DNA of 64,000 nt from positions 100,190 to 164,189 of the forward strand of contig JAFUYJ010000001.1 in assembly GCA_017470645.1 (NCBI GenBank), in the 5' to 3' direction. Position numbers and translations under genes: made by a program. Source of the DNA: Clostridia bacterium (GTDB taxonomy: Bacteria > Bacillota > Clostridia > TANB77 > CAG-508). Below, piece after piece: positions 21,477-31,418 of this stretch. Each line of letters begins with the position of its first letter. Position 1 is the first letter of the stretch. The notes under the pieces were generated by a model. That model saw only the letters and a list, made by a program, of their open reading frames with translations, did no database searches and was not told the DNA's origin.

Positions 21477-22358
21477 ATGGATGGAATTGTTGTAATTAAT
21501 AAGGAGAAGGGGTGTACTTCTCATGATGTGGTTTATAAGGTAAAGAAGTTGTTTGGTAAGAAGGTTGGGCATACGGGAACTTTGGATCCAAATGCTACTG
21601 GGGTGCTTCCTATTTTGATTGGGAAGGGAACTGAACTTTCTCAGTTTTTAATTAATCATGATAAAAGGTATGTTGCAACTATTCAGTTGGGTGTTAAGAC
21701 TGATACTGGCGATGTTGAAGGAAATGTGATTGAGGAAAAAAATGTGGATTGTGATGCTATTACTGAAGATAAGGTAAGTGAGACTTTAAAAAAATTGGTT
21801 GGAAGACAAATGCAAGTTCCTCCAATGTATTCTGCTATAAAAGTGAAGGGTAAAAAACTATATGAATATGCTAGAAGTGGAAAGACTGTGGATGTTCCTG
21901 CTAGAGAAATTGAAATTTATGATTTAAAGTTGTTAGGAATTGATAGCAATGAAAGGCAGATAACATATGAGATATATTGTTCAAAAGGAACATATGTAAG
22001 GACTGTTTGTGAGAATATTGCAGAAGCTCTTGGAACGGTTGGCTATATGAAAGAACTGAAAAGAACAATGGTAGGTGATTTTAGGATAGAAGATTCAATA
22101 ATAGTGGATGATTTAATAGAAAACTACAATAATGAAGAATTTCTAAATTATAAAATAATTAGTGTGGAACAGTTTTTTAAGAGTAATCAAGCAGTTATTT
22201 TAAATGATAAAGAACTTGCTTTGTTTTTAAATGGAGTTCAGATATTAAAAGATGGTATAGAAGACAGTATTGTTAGAGTTTATAATAATGAAAACAATTT
22301 TATTGGAATTGGAGTTGTAGATAATAATAGAATCAAAAGAAAAATTATTTTGGTTTAG
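21477..22358 (+). CDS. truB: tRNA pseudouridine(55) synthase TruB
   Basis: GHTGTLDPNATGVLPI contains the catalytic Asp motif. 293 aa. Confidence 0.95.
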   Translation: MDGIVVINKEKGCTSHDVVYKVKKLFGKKVGHTGTLDPNATGVLPILIGKGTELSQFLINHDKRYVATIQLGVKTDTGDVEGNVIEEKNVDCDAITEDKVSETLKKLVGRQMQVPPMYSAIKVKGKKLYEYARSGKTVDVPAREIEIYDLKLLGIDSNERQITYEIYCSKGTYVRTVCENIAEALGTVGYMKELKRTMVGDFRIEDSIIVDDLIENYNNEEFLNYKIISVEQFFKSNQAVILNDKELALFLNGVQILKDGIEDSIVRVYNNENNFIGIGVVDNNRIKRKIILV

Positions 22359-22366
22359 ATAATAAG

Positions 22367-22401
22367 TTGGATAGATTGATAAAATCATATCCAATTTTTT
22401 T
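22367..22401 (+). terminator. Intrinsic terminator after truB
   Basis: ttggata-gattgataaaatca-tatccaa followed by ttttttt. Confidence 0.6.
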
Positions 22402-22407
22402 ATGTAC

Positions 22408-22436
22408 TTGAACAATTGTTGAAAATGTGCTATCAT
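22408..22436 (+). promoter_or_regulatory. Sigma-A-type promoter of cassette (c)
   Basis: TTGAAC, a 17-nt spacer, then TGcTATCAT. Confidence 0.45.
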
Positions 22437-22511
22437 ATAGCTGCTAAATTTATTTATCTGGTCAAGCACCAGTTCACATATATATTAATTTTTATGAAAG
22501 GAGTTTTCCAA

Positions 22512-23891
22512 ATGGAAGAAACCAAAAAAGCAATCGTTTCGAGATTTGATAAAAGTCAAATCCGGCCCTTCAAGGAATTAACTAATGATGGAAGAAAATA
22601 TACTGATGTATTCGAATTACAAAAGTTGAATTTGTTCCTTCAGTGTTATTCCAATCGAGGGGTAATTGTTACTGGTCCTGAAGGCTCAGGAAAGACAGCG
22701 CTGGTCAACATGTTTGCTCAGCAAAATTTACCCAAAATCTTCAACGTTGAATCAATCAGACTTGTTCAGCTAAGCAAGTGGTGTTGTATGGACAGTATAA
22801 CCCCAGATGCAGTAGTAGGACTATTAGTAAGAATGATAGAGGCATACAAATCGTCTTTAATCATTTACGCTAAGTTTGAAGAGGCGGAGAAAATACTTAA
22901 AGTCATAAATATAATGGATGGCTGCGTAGAAGCTATAAAAGAACATTATGGGATTGACTTTATAAAGTTTATCTTCGAGTATTCAATAAGAAACGAGGAA
23001 GAGCTTAAGTTGTATGACTGTATTCCTAAAAATTATGAAGTGGTAGACTGCTTCAAGTCGGGAAGTCTTTTTAAAAACATTAGCATTATTACTCCAAGGA
23101 TTGACGAAATGGCGGAAAAGTATAATATCAGTTATACTGAAGATGTGCTGAACTATTTTTTCATGATATATGACGGCGTTAATAAAAAAAATATTGATTT
23201 TAATAATTGTGTAGGATTAATAGAAAAGGCGTTTGTCATTTCAAAAATGAAAGGAAGAAAAAGCATTGAAAAGGATATTGCTGCTGTGATGTTTGAGAAT
23301 GAGTTTGCAATATTAAAAAATGCAAGCAGTCAAAATCTATATTCTACAGCTGTTCATGAGGCAGGACATACTTTGCTTAAATTACTAAGTGATAAAGACG
23401 ATCCTGTAATGTATGTAACTATTATTCCGACCCTTGGATCTATAGGAAGAACTACGTATGATGTCGATAAAACAAAATATGTAGAAGGTATAGACGTAGA
23501 TTCTTGTAAAAGGAAAATTGCATGCAGTTTAGCTGGTAGGGTTGCAGAGAATATAATCTTAAAAGACTCAAAACCTGACAGTGGAGCAAAAAGCGATCTT
23601 GAGACTGCAATGAAATTGGCTGATAGATTTGTGCTTAAATGTGGTGCGTTTGAGTCGATAGGAAGAAACTATTCTGTAACGGATGTAAATAGTGTTTCAG
23701 AACGACTTAAGGAAAAAATCGAAGCAGAGAAAAGACAGATGCTGAAAGATGCTGAAGGATATGCAGCTAATGAGATTACCAAACATGCAAAGTTCATAAT
23801 AGCTGTTGCTGATAAGTTGGTAAGAGATTACTATATACTCCAGGAAGACATCTATAAAATGTGGAACAAATATTGCGAGTCTCTGAAATGA
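22512..23891 (+). CDS. Soluble FtsH-like protein: P-loop NTPase domain fused to an M41-type zinc metalloprotease domain, no TM segments; G+C-richer cassette (c)
   Basis: Starts at MEETKK after an AAAGGAG RBS. It has Walker A GPEGSGKT but no clear Walker B. HEAGH zinc motif (AVHEAGHTLL) and SGAKSDLETAMKLADRFV match the FtsH protease domain. Arg18 is an in-frame CGG. Confidence 0.7.
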   Translation: MEETKKAIVSRFDKSQIRPFKELTNDGRKYTDVFELQKLNLFLQCYSNRGVIVTGPEGSGKTALVNMFAQQNLPKIFNVESIRLVQLSKWCCMDSITPDAVVGLLVRMIEAYKSSLIIYAKFEEAEKILKVINIMDGCVEAIKEHYGIDFIKFIFEYSIRNEEELKLYDCIPKNYEVVDCFKSGSLFKNISIITPRIDEMAEKYNISYTEDVLNYFFMIYDGVNKKNIDFNNCVGLIEKAFVISKMKGRKSIEKDIAAVMFENEFAILKNASSQNLYSTAVHEAGHTLLKLLSDKDDPVMYVTIIPTLGSIGRTTYDVDKTKYVEGIDVDSCKRKIACSLAGRVAENIILKDSKPDSGAKSDLETAMKLADRFVLKCGAFESIGRNYSVTDVNSVSERLKEKIEAEKRQMLKDAEGYAANEITKHAKFIIAVADKLVRDYYILQEDIYKMWNKYCESLK

Positions 23892-23927
23892 GAAAAAAGC
23901 GGGAAAGATAATTCTTTCTCGCTTTTT
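23892..23927 (+). terminator. Intrinsic terminator of cassette (c)
   Basis: aaaaaagcgggaaag-ataatt-ctttctcgctttttt. Confidence 0.75.
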
Positions 23928-24077
23928 TATTTGCAAATAAGTGAAAACAATTGTAGTTAGCTCAATAGCAAAATTTACTCAAACAATAATGAAGAATTAC
24001 TAATTAGTAAATTAAATATATTTGCAAAAAATCATAATATAGTATATAATACGAATGGAATATAATAAAGGGGAAAT

Positions 24078-24911
24078 ATGATGGTAAATATACTTTTATG
24101 TGGAAATAAAAAAGTTTTTGACGGAGCTTTAACTCAGCTTATATCAATGACTAACAGAACGAAAGAAGATATAACATGTTATATCTTTACAATGGATGTT
24201 TCAAGATTAAATCCAGACTTTGTTCCAATTACAGATGAACAAGTCGAATTTTTAGACCAAGTGGTCAAATCAAAAAATGAAAATAATAGAATAATAAAAG
24301 TGGATGTAACTGACATATATGAGAAAGAATTTGCAAATTGTAAAAATGAGAATGCTTATTGTACACCATATACTTTACTACGATTGTTAGCAGATTTGGT
24401 TCCAGATATGCCAGAAAAATTACTATATTTAGACATTGATATGATGATAGGTGATGACATAGCAAAGCTATATAACATCGATATTACAGATTATGAATAT
24501 GCGGCAGTTAAGGAAAAATATGGATGTTGGCTTATAAGACCTGATTATATAAATGCAGGAATGTTATTATTAAATATGAAAAAAATATCAGAAACAACTC
24601 TATTAGCCAAAGCTAGAGAAAGAATAAAAAACAAAAAGATGTTGTTTGCAGATCAAGATGCTATATTTTGGTCAACAACAAAGAAACTTTTATTGCCACG
24701 AAAATTCAATGAACAGTCAAAGTTCAATAGAAAAGATACAGTAGTATGTCATTTTTGTAAAAGGTTGATGTTTTTACCATATCCTCATACAGAAAATTTT
24801 AAGCAATGGCATATAAATGAAGTACATAAAGTTTTAAAATGTTATGCTTTTGATGATGATTTAAATGAGTATTTGAAAGTAAAAGAAGAATTTATGAAAG
24901 TAAACAAATGA
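24078..24911 (+). CDS. Glycosyltransferase family 8
   Basis: LYLDIDMMI (DxD) and NAGMLLLN motifs, typical of GT8 retaining transferases. Confidence 0.75.
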   Translation: MMVNILLCGNKKVFDGALTQLISMTNRTKEDITCYIFTMDVSRLNPDFVPITDEQVEFLDQVVKSKNENNRIIKVDVTDIYEKEFANCKNENAYCTPYTLLRLLADLVPDMPEKLLYLDIDMMIGDDIAKLYNIDITDYEYAAVKEKYGCWLIRPDYINAGMLLLNMKKISETTLLAKARERIKNKKMLFADQDAIFWSTTKKLLLPRKFNEQSKFNRKDTVVCHFCKRLMFLPYPHTENFKQWHINEVHKVLKCYAFDDDLNEYLKVKEEFMKVNK

Positions 24912-24922
24912 GAGGGAGTAAA

Positions 24923-26722
24923 ATGGAGAATAATTTAGAAGTAATACCAATATTTTTTGCTGTAGATGATGGATATATGCCTTTTTTAGCGGTTGCACTG
25001 GAATCATTAATTGATAATGCATCAAAGAATTATTATTATTCAATAAAAATATTATACACAAATATAAGTGAAGATAATAAACATAAAATCAATAAATATC
25101 AAAGACAAAATGTAAATATAGAATTCGTAGATTTAAACTATTATATAGAAAAAGTGAAAGATAAATTGTATACACGTGATTACTATACTAAAACAACTTA
25201 TTTTAGACTATTTATAGCTAATTTATATCCTCAATATGATAAAGCAATTTATTTGGATAGCGATATAACAGTTTTAGGAGATATTTCAGAATTATATAAT
25301 GTAGATTTAGGAGATAATCTAATTGCAGCTGCACCAGATGATGTAATACAGACAACAAAAGTATTCCAAGAATATGCAGAAAAAGTAGTTGGCGTTGCAG
25401 ATTATAAAAAATACTTTAATGCTGGAATTCTTTTAATGAATTTGGATGAGTTTAGAAAGTTTAATTTTCAGGAAAAATTCTTGTATCTATTAGAAACAAT
25501 AAAATTTACTGTGGCGCAAGATCAGGATTACTTAAATAGATTGTGTAAGGGAAAAGTAAAAATAATAGATAAAGGTTGGGATAGAATGCCTATTGCAACC
25601 GATGACATGCCAAAGGAAGATATAAAAATAATACATTACAATTTAGGAGAAAAGCCATGGCGTTATGATAATATAAAATATCAAGAATATTTCTGGAAAT
25701 ATGCTAAAAAAACAGAGTATTATGATTTTATTTGCAAAGTAAAAGAAAATTATACTGAACAGGATCGATTTAATGATATACAACAATATAAAAACCTAAA
25801 AGCTTTAGCTCAAAAAGAATCTGATTGTGTAGGTGATGATAGATTGAATAGAAAGAGTAATCAAACTATCGAAAAATCAAAGGAAAGATTAGAAATTTTA
25901 GAAAAAATAAAACACTTAGAAGAAAGTGGTGTTTTTGATGTGGATGTAGAAGATGATCCACCAACAATTCCGCTTGGGCCAGAAGACATTGATTATTTAA
26001 GAACAAGTAAGATGGATAAAATAAAAAGTAAAATGGCGACTAAAATGGCTGAAAGATTAGTCAATGACTTGTTAAAAGACAACAAACTAATTATAAAAGA
26101 TATTAAAGGATTAGAAAATCTTCAAAGTGTAAAATCAGGTGCAATTATTACTTGCAATCATTTTAATCCATACGATTCTTTCACTGTAGAAAAAGTTTTC
26201 AGAATTTCTGGCCAGAGTAAAAATAAAAAATTATTCAAAGTTATCAGAGAAGGAAATTATACTAATTTTCCAGGTATATATGGCTTCTTCTTTAGAAACT
26301 GCGATACATTACCTTTAAGCTCTAACAAAGAAACAATGAAAGAGTTTATAAAGGCAGTAGATGTTATTTTGAAAAGGGGAGATTTCATACTTGTTTATCC
26401 AGAACAAAGTATGTGGTGGAATTATAGAAAACCAAAGCCACTAAAAAATGGAGCATTTAACTTTGCAGCAAGAAGTAAAGTTCCAGTAATTCCTGTTTTT
26501 ATAACTATGGAAGATAGTGAGTTTGTAGGTGAGGATGGATTCCCTATTCAAGAATATACTGTAAATATTGGTAAACCTATTTATCCAGATGCTAATAATT
26601 CAGAAAAAGAGAATACCATTATGATGAGAGACAAGAATTATGAGACATGGAAAGAAATTTATGAAGATTTCTATGGTATTCCACTTGAATATGACATTAT
26701 AGAAGATAAGGAAATTATATGA
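24923..26722 (+). CDS. Fusion protein: N-terminal GT8 glycosyltransferase plus C-terminal PlsC-type acyltransferase
   Basis: The N-terminal half has IYLDSDITV (DxD) and NAGILLMN. The C-terminal part has CNHFNPYD (HX4D) and VYPEQS acyltransferase motifs. Start MENNLEV follows a GAGGGAG RBS. Confidence 0.75.
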   Translation: MENNLEVIPIFFAVDDGYMPFLAVALESLIDNASKNYYYSIKILYTNISEDNKHKINKYQRQNVNIEFVDLNYYIEKVKDKLYTRDYYTKTTYFRLFIANLYPQYDKAIYLDSDITVLGDISELYNVDLGDNLIAAAPDDVIQTTKVFQEYAEKVVGVADYKKYFNAGILLMNLDEFRKFNFQEKFLYLLETIKFTVAQDQDYLNRLCKGKVKIIDKGWDRMPIATDDMPKEDIKIIHYNLGEKPWRYDNIKYQEYFWKYAKKTEYYDFICKVKENYTEQDRFNDIQQYKNLKALAQKESDCVGDDRLNRKSNQTIEKSKERLEILEKIKHLEESGVFDVDVEDDPPTIPLGPEDIDYLRTSKMDKIKSKMATKMAERLVNDLLKDNKLIIKDIKGLENLQSVKSGAIITCNHFNPYDSFTVEKVFRISGQSKNKKLFKVIREGNYTNFPGIYGFFFRNCDTLPLSSNKETMKEFIKAVDVILKRGDFILVYPEQSMWWNYRKPKPLKNGAFNFAARSKVPVIPVFITMEDSEFVGEDGFPIQEYTVNIGKPIYPDANNSEKENTIMMRDKNYETWKEIYEDFYGIPLEYDIIEDKEII

Positions 26723-27492
26723 AAAATAAAAAAGTAATTTATTATGATGATGAATTAAATGATGAATTTTCAACGGCTAAAATAACCCCTAGAATTATCA
26801 ATGAAAATTATAAATACAAACGTGGAAAATTTTGGAATGTATGTTCATTGATTATCCAAAATGTTATCAGTATGCCGATAAAAGTTGGATATGCTAAAAT
26901 AAAATTTCGAATTAAGTATGTTGGAAAAGAAAAATTGAAGAATAGTAAAGGTACTGGGTATTTTGTATATGCAAACCATACCCAGACTTTTGCAGATACT
27001 TTTATTCCAAGTATTGCAATATTTCCAAAAAGAAATTTCTTGATTGTAAATCCAGAAAATATTTCAGTAAAACCTTTTGGTTGGTTGGTTGAATTACTTG
27101 GTGCAATTCCTGTACCAGGAAATAAGAGTGCAATGAAAAATTTTTTGGAGACTATTGAAGAGAAAATTAAAAAAAAATATGCAATTACTATATATCCAGA
27201 AGCACACATTTGGCCATATTACATAAAAATTAGACCATTTAAATCTGTGTCTTTTAAATATCCTGTTGAGATGAAAAAGCCTGTATTTTGTGTAACAAAT
27301 ACGTATCAAAAGCGAGGAAAAAATGGGGATAAAGTTAAGATAGTTAGCTATATAGATGGACCTTTTTACGTAGATGAAAACATCTCTAATGTAAGAGCTC
27401 AAAAGGAAGATTTGAGAAATAGAGTTTATGAGTGCATGGTTGAAAGAAGTAAGAATAGCAATATTGAGGTTGTTGAATATAGGAAAAAATAA
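26719..27492 (+). CDS. PlsC-family acyltransferase
   Basis: ANHTQTFAD (HX4D) and IYPEAH motifs. The start overlaps the upstream stop (ATGA). Confidence 0.65.
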   Translation: MKNKKVIYYDDELNDEFSTAKITPRIINENYKYKRGKFWNVCSLIIQNVISMPIKVGYAKIKFRIKYVGKEKLKNSKGTGYFVYANHTQTFADTFIPSIAIFPKRNFLIVNPENISVKPFGWLVELLGAIPVPGNKSAMKNFLETIEEKIKKKYAITIYPEAHIWPYYIKIRPFKSVSFKYPVEMKKPVFCVTNTYQKRGKNGDKVKIVSYIDGPFYVDENISNVRAQKEDLRNRVYECMVERSKNSNIEVVEYRKK

Positions 27493-27513
27493 AAAGGTAA
27501 AAAAGAAAATTAT

Positions 27514-27557
27514 AAAAGTCTCACAATCTGAGAAATCAGGTTGCGAGACTTTTTTTA
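27514..27557. terminator. Bidirectional terminator between the acyltransferase gene and prmC
   Basis: aaaagtctcacaa...ttgcgagacttttttt. Confidence 0.7.
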
Positions 27558-27562
27558 TTGCA

Positions 27563-28433
27563 CTAGTAGTTCAATTCTAAAATAATTACTCTATCGTTAT
27601 TAGCTAAATCTTGAATACATTTAGGATTAGAAGATGGAATAGTAGTTTTAATTAAATTGAATAGTTTATCTTTTTGATTATATCCGATTTCTAAGAATAA
27701 TAAACTATTTGATTTGGAATATTTAGTTAAATTATCTATAATATTTTTATAAAAATCTAATCCATCTTTTCCACCATCAAGTGCAATAATTGGTTCTTTT
27801 TGAACTTCTTTGCTTAGAGTTGGTATTACAGCACTTTCAATATATGGGGGATTAGAAACTATAATGTCGAATTTTGTTTCAGGTATACTGTTGAACATAT
27901 CTGATTCGATAAATGTGATTTTTTCATGTACCAAATTTTTCTCAGCATTAAGTTTAGCAATTTGAATGGCTTTGCTACTTGTATCTGTAGCAATAACTTC
28001 ACAATTATCAATATATTTAGCAAGAGATATTGCTATTGCTCCACTACCGGTACATAAATCTAAAATCTTAATTGGCAAAGTATTAGAAAACTTTTCTGAA
28101 TTTTTTTCAACATATTTTATAACTTCTTCTACCAAAACTTCAGTATCTGGTTGAGGTATTAAAACATTTTCATCAACATAGAAATCTAATTTCATAAATT
28201 CTTGATGATTGGTTATATATTGAATTGGAATGTTATTTTTTAGCTTTTTTAGTCCAGAAAAAAACTCATATTCTTTTTCTTTAGAAATTTCTTGAATGTG
28301 ATTAATTACAAGTTCGAATTTATTCATGTTTAAAACATGTTCTGCTAAAAGACGCACTTTTAGAGGAATTTCATCAATTCCGTGAATCTAAAAGATATCT
28401 TCTCCCTTCAACTAATAAATCATTTATATTCAT
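27563..28433 (-). CDS. prmC: Release factor glutamine methyltransferase PrmC (HemK), reading frame broken once (+1) at CGG
   Basis: The main ORF has the SAM motif LDLCTGSGAI and catalytic NPPY (SNPPYI). The N-terminal 17 codons (MNINDLLVEGRRYLLDS, good AAGGAG RBS, ATG 28433) are in the -1-adjacent frame. The 0-frame reads TCA CGG AAT TGA. Skipping C 28382 gives DS-G-IDEIPLKVRLLAEHVL, continuous with the main ORF. Confidence 0.8.
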
Positions 28434-28481
28434 TTTCTTACTCCTTTTTAAATTTGGGATGGTCCGTTTTTTCAAAAAATT

Positions 28482-28668
28482 AAAAAAACCCCACATTAGC
28501 CGTAAGTCCAAGTGAAATTTTAAGGACCTGCTTTCACAGGTGGGTGTCTTGTTGAATGCTCCTGGGTTTCTTACATAAATGCAAGCATACACGCCACATT
28601 CAAAGGCGGACTCCCGTTTATCGTTTGTTGGTTCTAAAATTCCAAGCTACACGCACTACGCAGGGATT
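28482..28668 (-). ncRNA. ssrS: Candidate structured ncRNA of about 190 nt, 6S-RNA-like architecture
   Basis: This is a G+C-rich island in AT-rich spacer. The minus-strand 5' end AAUCCCUGCGUAGUGCG pairs with the 3' end CGGCUAAUGUGGGG through several G-U pairs, which would be C-A mismatches on the plus strand. It contains an internal GAAUG...CAUUC stem and ends in a U-run. A TTGAAT-17-TGcTATTAT promoter lies upstream. Length and closing-stem/central-region layout resemble 6S RNA. No covariance model was run. Confidence 0.45.
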
Positions 28669-28805
28669 TTTTATTAATTTATTTATTACTTAACTATATA
28701 ATAGCATATGTTTTTTAAAAATTCAATAGTAATTTTTGGAAATTTTTGTTATAGTATTAGTAGATTATTTAATTAAGTATGAAAATATGAAAAAGGAGAA
28801 ACAAA

Positions 28806-29468
28806 ATGAACTATTTTAAAAATATAATTGAAGAAGAATCTAAGAAGGAATACTATATAAAATTGCATGATTTTGTGGAAAGTGAGTATGAAAATCATGT
28901 GGTATTTCCAGAAAGAAAAAATATATATGCAGCACTAAAGTATACTCCGTTTGATAAGGTAAAAGTTGTAATTCTTGGACAGGATCCTTATCATGGGGAG
29001 GGAGAAGCACATGGACTTTCGTTTTCTGTGTGTCCGGGCGTTAAAACTCCACCATCATTAAAAAATATTTATAAAGAGCTTAATAGCGAATTGGGATGTT
29101 ATATTCCAAATAATGGATATTTAGTCAAATGGGCAGAGCAGGGAGTACTATTATTGAATTCTGTACTTACAGTTCAAAAAGATACTCCAGCATCTCATAG
29201 AGGAAAAGGATGGGAAATTTTTACAGATAAAATAATAGAAGAAATTGATAAGAAAGATGAACCGGTGGTTTTTATGTTATGGGGAAATTTTGCAAAATCT
29301 AAGGAATCATTGTTGAAAAATCCAAAGCATTTAGTTTTACAATCGGCACATCCTAGTCCTTTTTCTGCCAGAAATGGATTCTTTGGAAATAATCATTTTG
29401 TAAAAGCAAATGAGTATTTAGTTGAAAATGGGTTAGAGCCAATTGATTGGCAAATTGAAAATATTTAA
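28806..29468 (+). CDS. ung: Uracil-DNA glycosylase
   Basis: GQDPYHG, LLLNSVLTV and HPSP motifs, 220 aa. Confidence 0.95.
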   Translation: MNYFKNIIEEESKKEYYIKLHDFVESEYENHVVFPERKNIYAALKYTPFDKVKVVILGQDPYHGEGEAHGLSFSVCPGVKTPPSLKNIYKELNSELGCYIPNNGYLVKWAEQGVLLLNSVLTVQKDTPASHRGKGWEIFTDKIIEEIDKKDEPVVFMLWGNFAKSKESLLKNPKHLVLQSAHPSPFSARNGFFGNNHFVKANEYLVENGLEPIDWQIENI

Positions 29469-29510
29469 AAAAGAAAATGCGTCCTCAAATTATATGAGAA
29501 CGCAATAAAA
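29467..29510. terminator. Bidirectional terminator between ung and cassette (d)
   Basis: gcgtcctca-aattata-tgagaacgc flanked by A/T runs. Confidence 0.6.
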
Positions 29511-29511
29511 A

Positions 29512-30375
29512 TCAAAAGACCTTTTGCTGTTTAATTATTTGCAGACCTTTTTCAAGGCCTACAAAATCGAATACAGCACCATCTACAGCGGTCCCGTATC
29601 CGGGAATATGAATTTTTTCTCTTTCAAGAGAATATGGGGATTTATACTTGCTCCTTTTATATTTATTGTGAGCAGCTTCTCCGTTTTCAGCACAAAGGTG
29701 CATGTCAAAGGTGCGAACTTGTACTTCAAAGCATTCGCCACCCTTTTGACGCCTAAATGTTGCATGAAGCGATTGATATCCATTCTCTTTAGGAGAAATA
29801 ATATAATCTTTTACTCCATAAGAAAAGCGAGGGTTTATTCCTGATTTTTTTGGAATAATGATCCCATTCGGCTTTTTAGACAAGTCCATAGTATTATTAG
29901 GTGTATCAGCCTCGCAAAGTAGATATGATGAATTACCGTATTTTATTATAGAATTCATAATGCTATACGACAATTCAATCAGTTTAGCTGCAGAAAAGTT
30001 ACCAAATATCAACGTACGAAATGCAATAGTATCCCTAAGTAAATCAAGAGATTTCTTTTCGTTGATATTTTTAACTATTTTCTTATCAGTACTTACTATA
30101 GATTTTATTCGGCCCTCAATTATAAATTTAAGGTCAGGGTATTCTCTACTAATCAAGAGATATAAAGAGTTAAAATCTTTTTTTAGTTCTGATAAGTACC
30201 GTTTGTTTGTTATTTCTTCACGGTATTGCTTTATCCGATTTGCGTGTAATATGCTGTTTTCGTCACCTCTGTCTAAAAGAAGTTTTTCATACAACTCTAA
30301 AAAAGCTGTTGTGGAAATACTCCGCTTGTCATAAAGTGCTTGCTTAAAAAGCTCAAAAGATGTGTATTCTGTCAT
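29512..30375 (-). CDS. RelA/SpoT-domain small alarmone synthetase-like protein, G+C-richer cassette (d)
   Basis: The 287-aa protein has GRIKSIVSTDKKI...LRDTIAFRTLIF...GYQSLHATF...FEVQVRTFDMHLCAENGEAAHNKYK, matching the (p)ppGpp synthetase fold motifs (G-R-x-K-S, YxSxH, EhQhRT, H..YK). It is monocistronic with its own promoter and terminator. It uses in-frame CGG three times. Confidence 0.8.
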   Translation of the reverse strand: MTEYTSFELFKQALYDKRSISTTAFLELYEKLLLDRGDENSILHANRIKQYREEITNKRYLSELKKDFNSLYLLISREYPDLKFIIEGRIKSIVSTDKKIVKNINEKKSLDLLRDTIAFRTLIFGNFSAAKLIELSYSIMNSIIKYGNSSYLLCEADTPNNTMDLSKKPNGIIIPKKSGINPRFSYGVKDYIISPKENGYQSLHATFRRQKGGECFEVQVRTFDMHLCAENGEAAHNKYKRSKYKSPYSLEREKIHIPGYGTAVDGAVFDFVGLEKGLQIIKQQKVF

Positions 30376-30428
30376 TGTTGTTTATTCTCCTTTTGATTTT
30401 TTTATGATAGCCAAAAAAGCTACACTCT

Positions 30429-30457
30429 ATTATAACATTTTAGCAACATTATGTCAA
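30429..30457 (-). promoter_or_regulatory. Sigma-A-type promoter of cassette (d)
   Basis: The minus strand reads TTGACATAAT..., with a 17-nt spacer to TGtTATAAT. Confidence 0.5.
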
Positions 30458-30533
30458 ACAATACAAAATTTGACATTTTACATAAAATACAATAATATTA
30501 TGAAAAAAGAATGAAATAAAGGACGGTGATTAT

Positions 30534-31418
30534 ATGTCATTTTCAAAAAGAATAAAGGAAGAACTAAGCAAAACAAGCAATTTAGCAAATAAAGATTTAG
30601 TAAAAGCAGAATTAATTGGTTATTTAATGACTAATAATATTGATATAAAGAATAATAAAATAAAGTATTCAACAGAAAGCGAATACAACATAAATAGATT
30701 TGCAAAGCTTTTAAACAATGTAAATATATCTAAATACGAAATAGATATTCAAGGAAAAATATTTTCGATTAAAGTAAAAGAGCCTGTAAATTTGAGTGAA
30801 ATAAGTATTGTTAATTCTAAAATTGAATTGAATGAAAACATTAATAAGCTATGCAACAACGAAATTATAGAAAAAGCTTTGATTAGAGGTAGTTTTTTGG
30901 GAAGTGGATCAATAAATAATCCTGAAAAAATATATCATTTAGAAATTATATATAGTTGTGCTAAAAATGTGAATTATGCAATTGAAATTCTAAAAAAATA
31001 TAATATAAAAATGAAAATTTTAAATAATACAGCTTATCTGAAAGATGGCGAAGAAATATCTAAATTTCTTGCCTTCATTGGAGCTAATTCATCAGTATTA
31101 AAATTTGAAGAAATACGTGTTATTAGAGACATGAGGAATAATGTAAATAGAATAGTAAATTGCGAAACAGCTAATCTTAACAAAACGATAAATGCAGCCT
31201 TAAAGCAAATTGAAGATATAAAGTTTATTAAAAAAATGAAAAAGTTTAATGAATTGTCAGAAGGGTTGCAGGAGGTTGCTAATTTAAGATTGGAAAATCC
31301 GGATGTTTCATTGATTGAGCTTGGAAAAATGCTTTCAAATCCAATTGGAAAATCTGGTGTAAATTATAGATTAAAAGCAATAAGTAATTTTGCAGAGGAG
31401 TTAAAAAGATGTCAGTAG
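30534..31418 (+). CDS. whiA: DNA-binding protein WhiA
   Basis: MSFSKRIKEELSK... with LAGLIDADG-like repeats and a C-terminal HTH (GKSGVNYRLKAI). 294 aa. Confidence 0.85.
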   Translation: MSFSKRIKEELSKTSNLANKDLVKAELIGYLMTNNIDIKNNKIKYSTESEYNINRFAKLLNNVNISKYEIDIQGKIFSIKVKEPVNLSEISIVNSKIELNENINKLCNNEIIEKALIRGSFLGSGSINNPEKIYHLEIIYSCAKNVNYAIEILKKYNIKMKILNNTAYLKDGEEISKFLAFIGANSSVLKFEEIRVIRDMRNNVNRIVNCETANLNKTINAALKQIEDIKFIKKMKKFNELSEGLQEVANLRLENPDVSLIELGKMLSNPIGKSGVNYRLKAISNFAEELKRCQ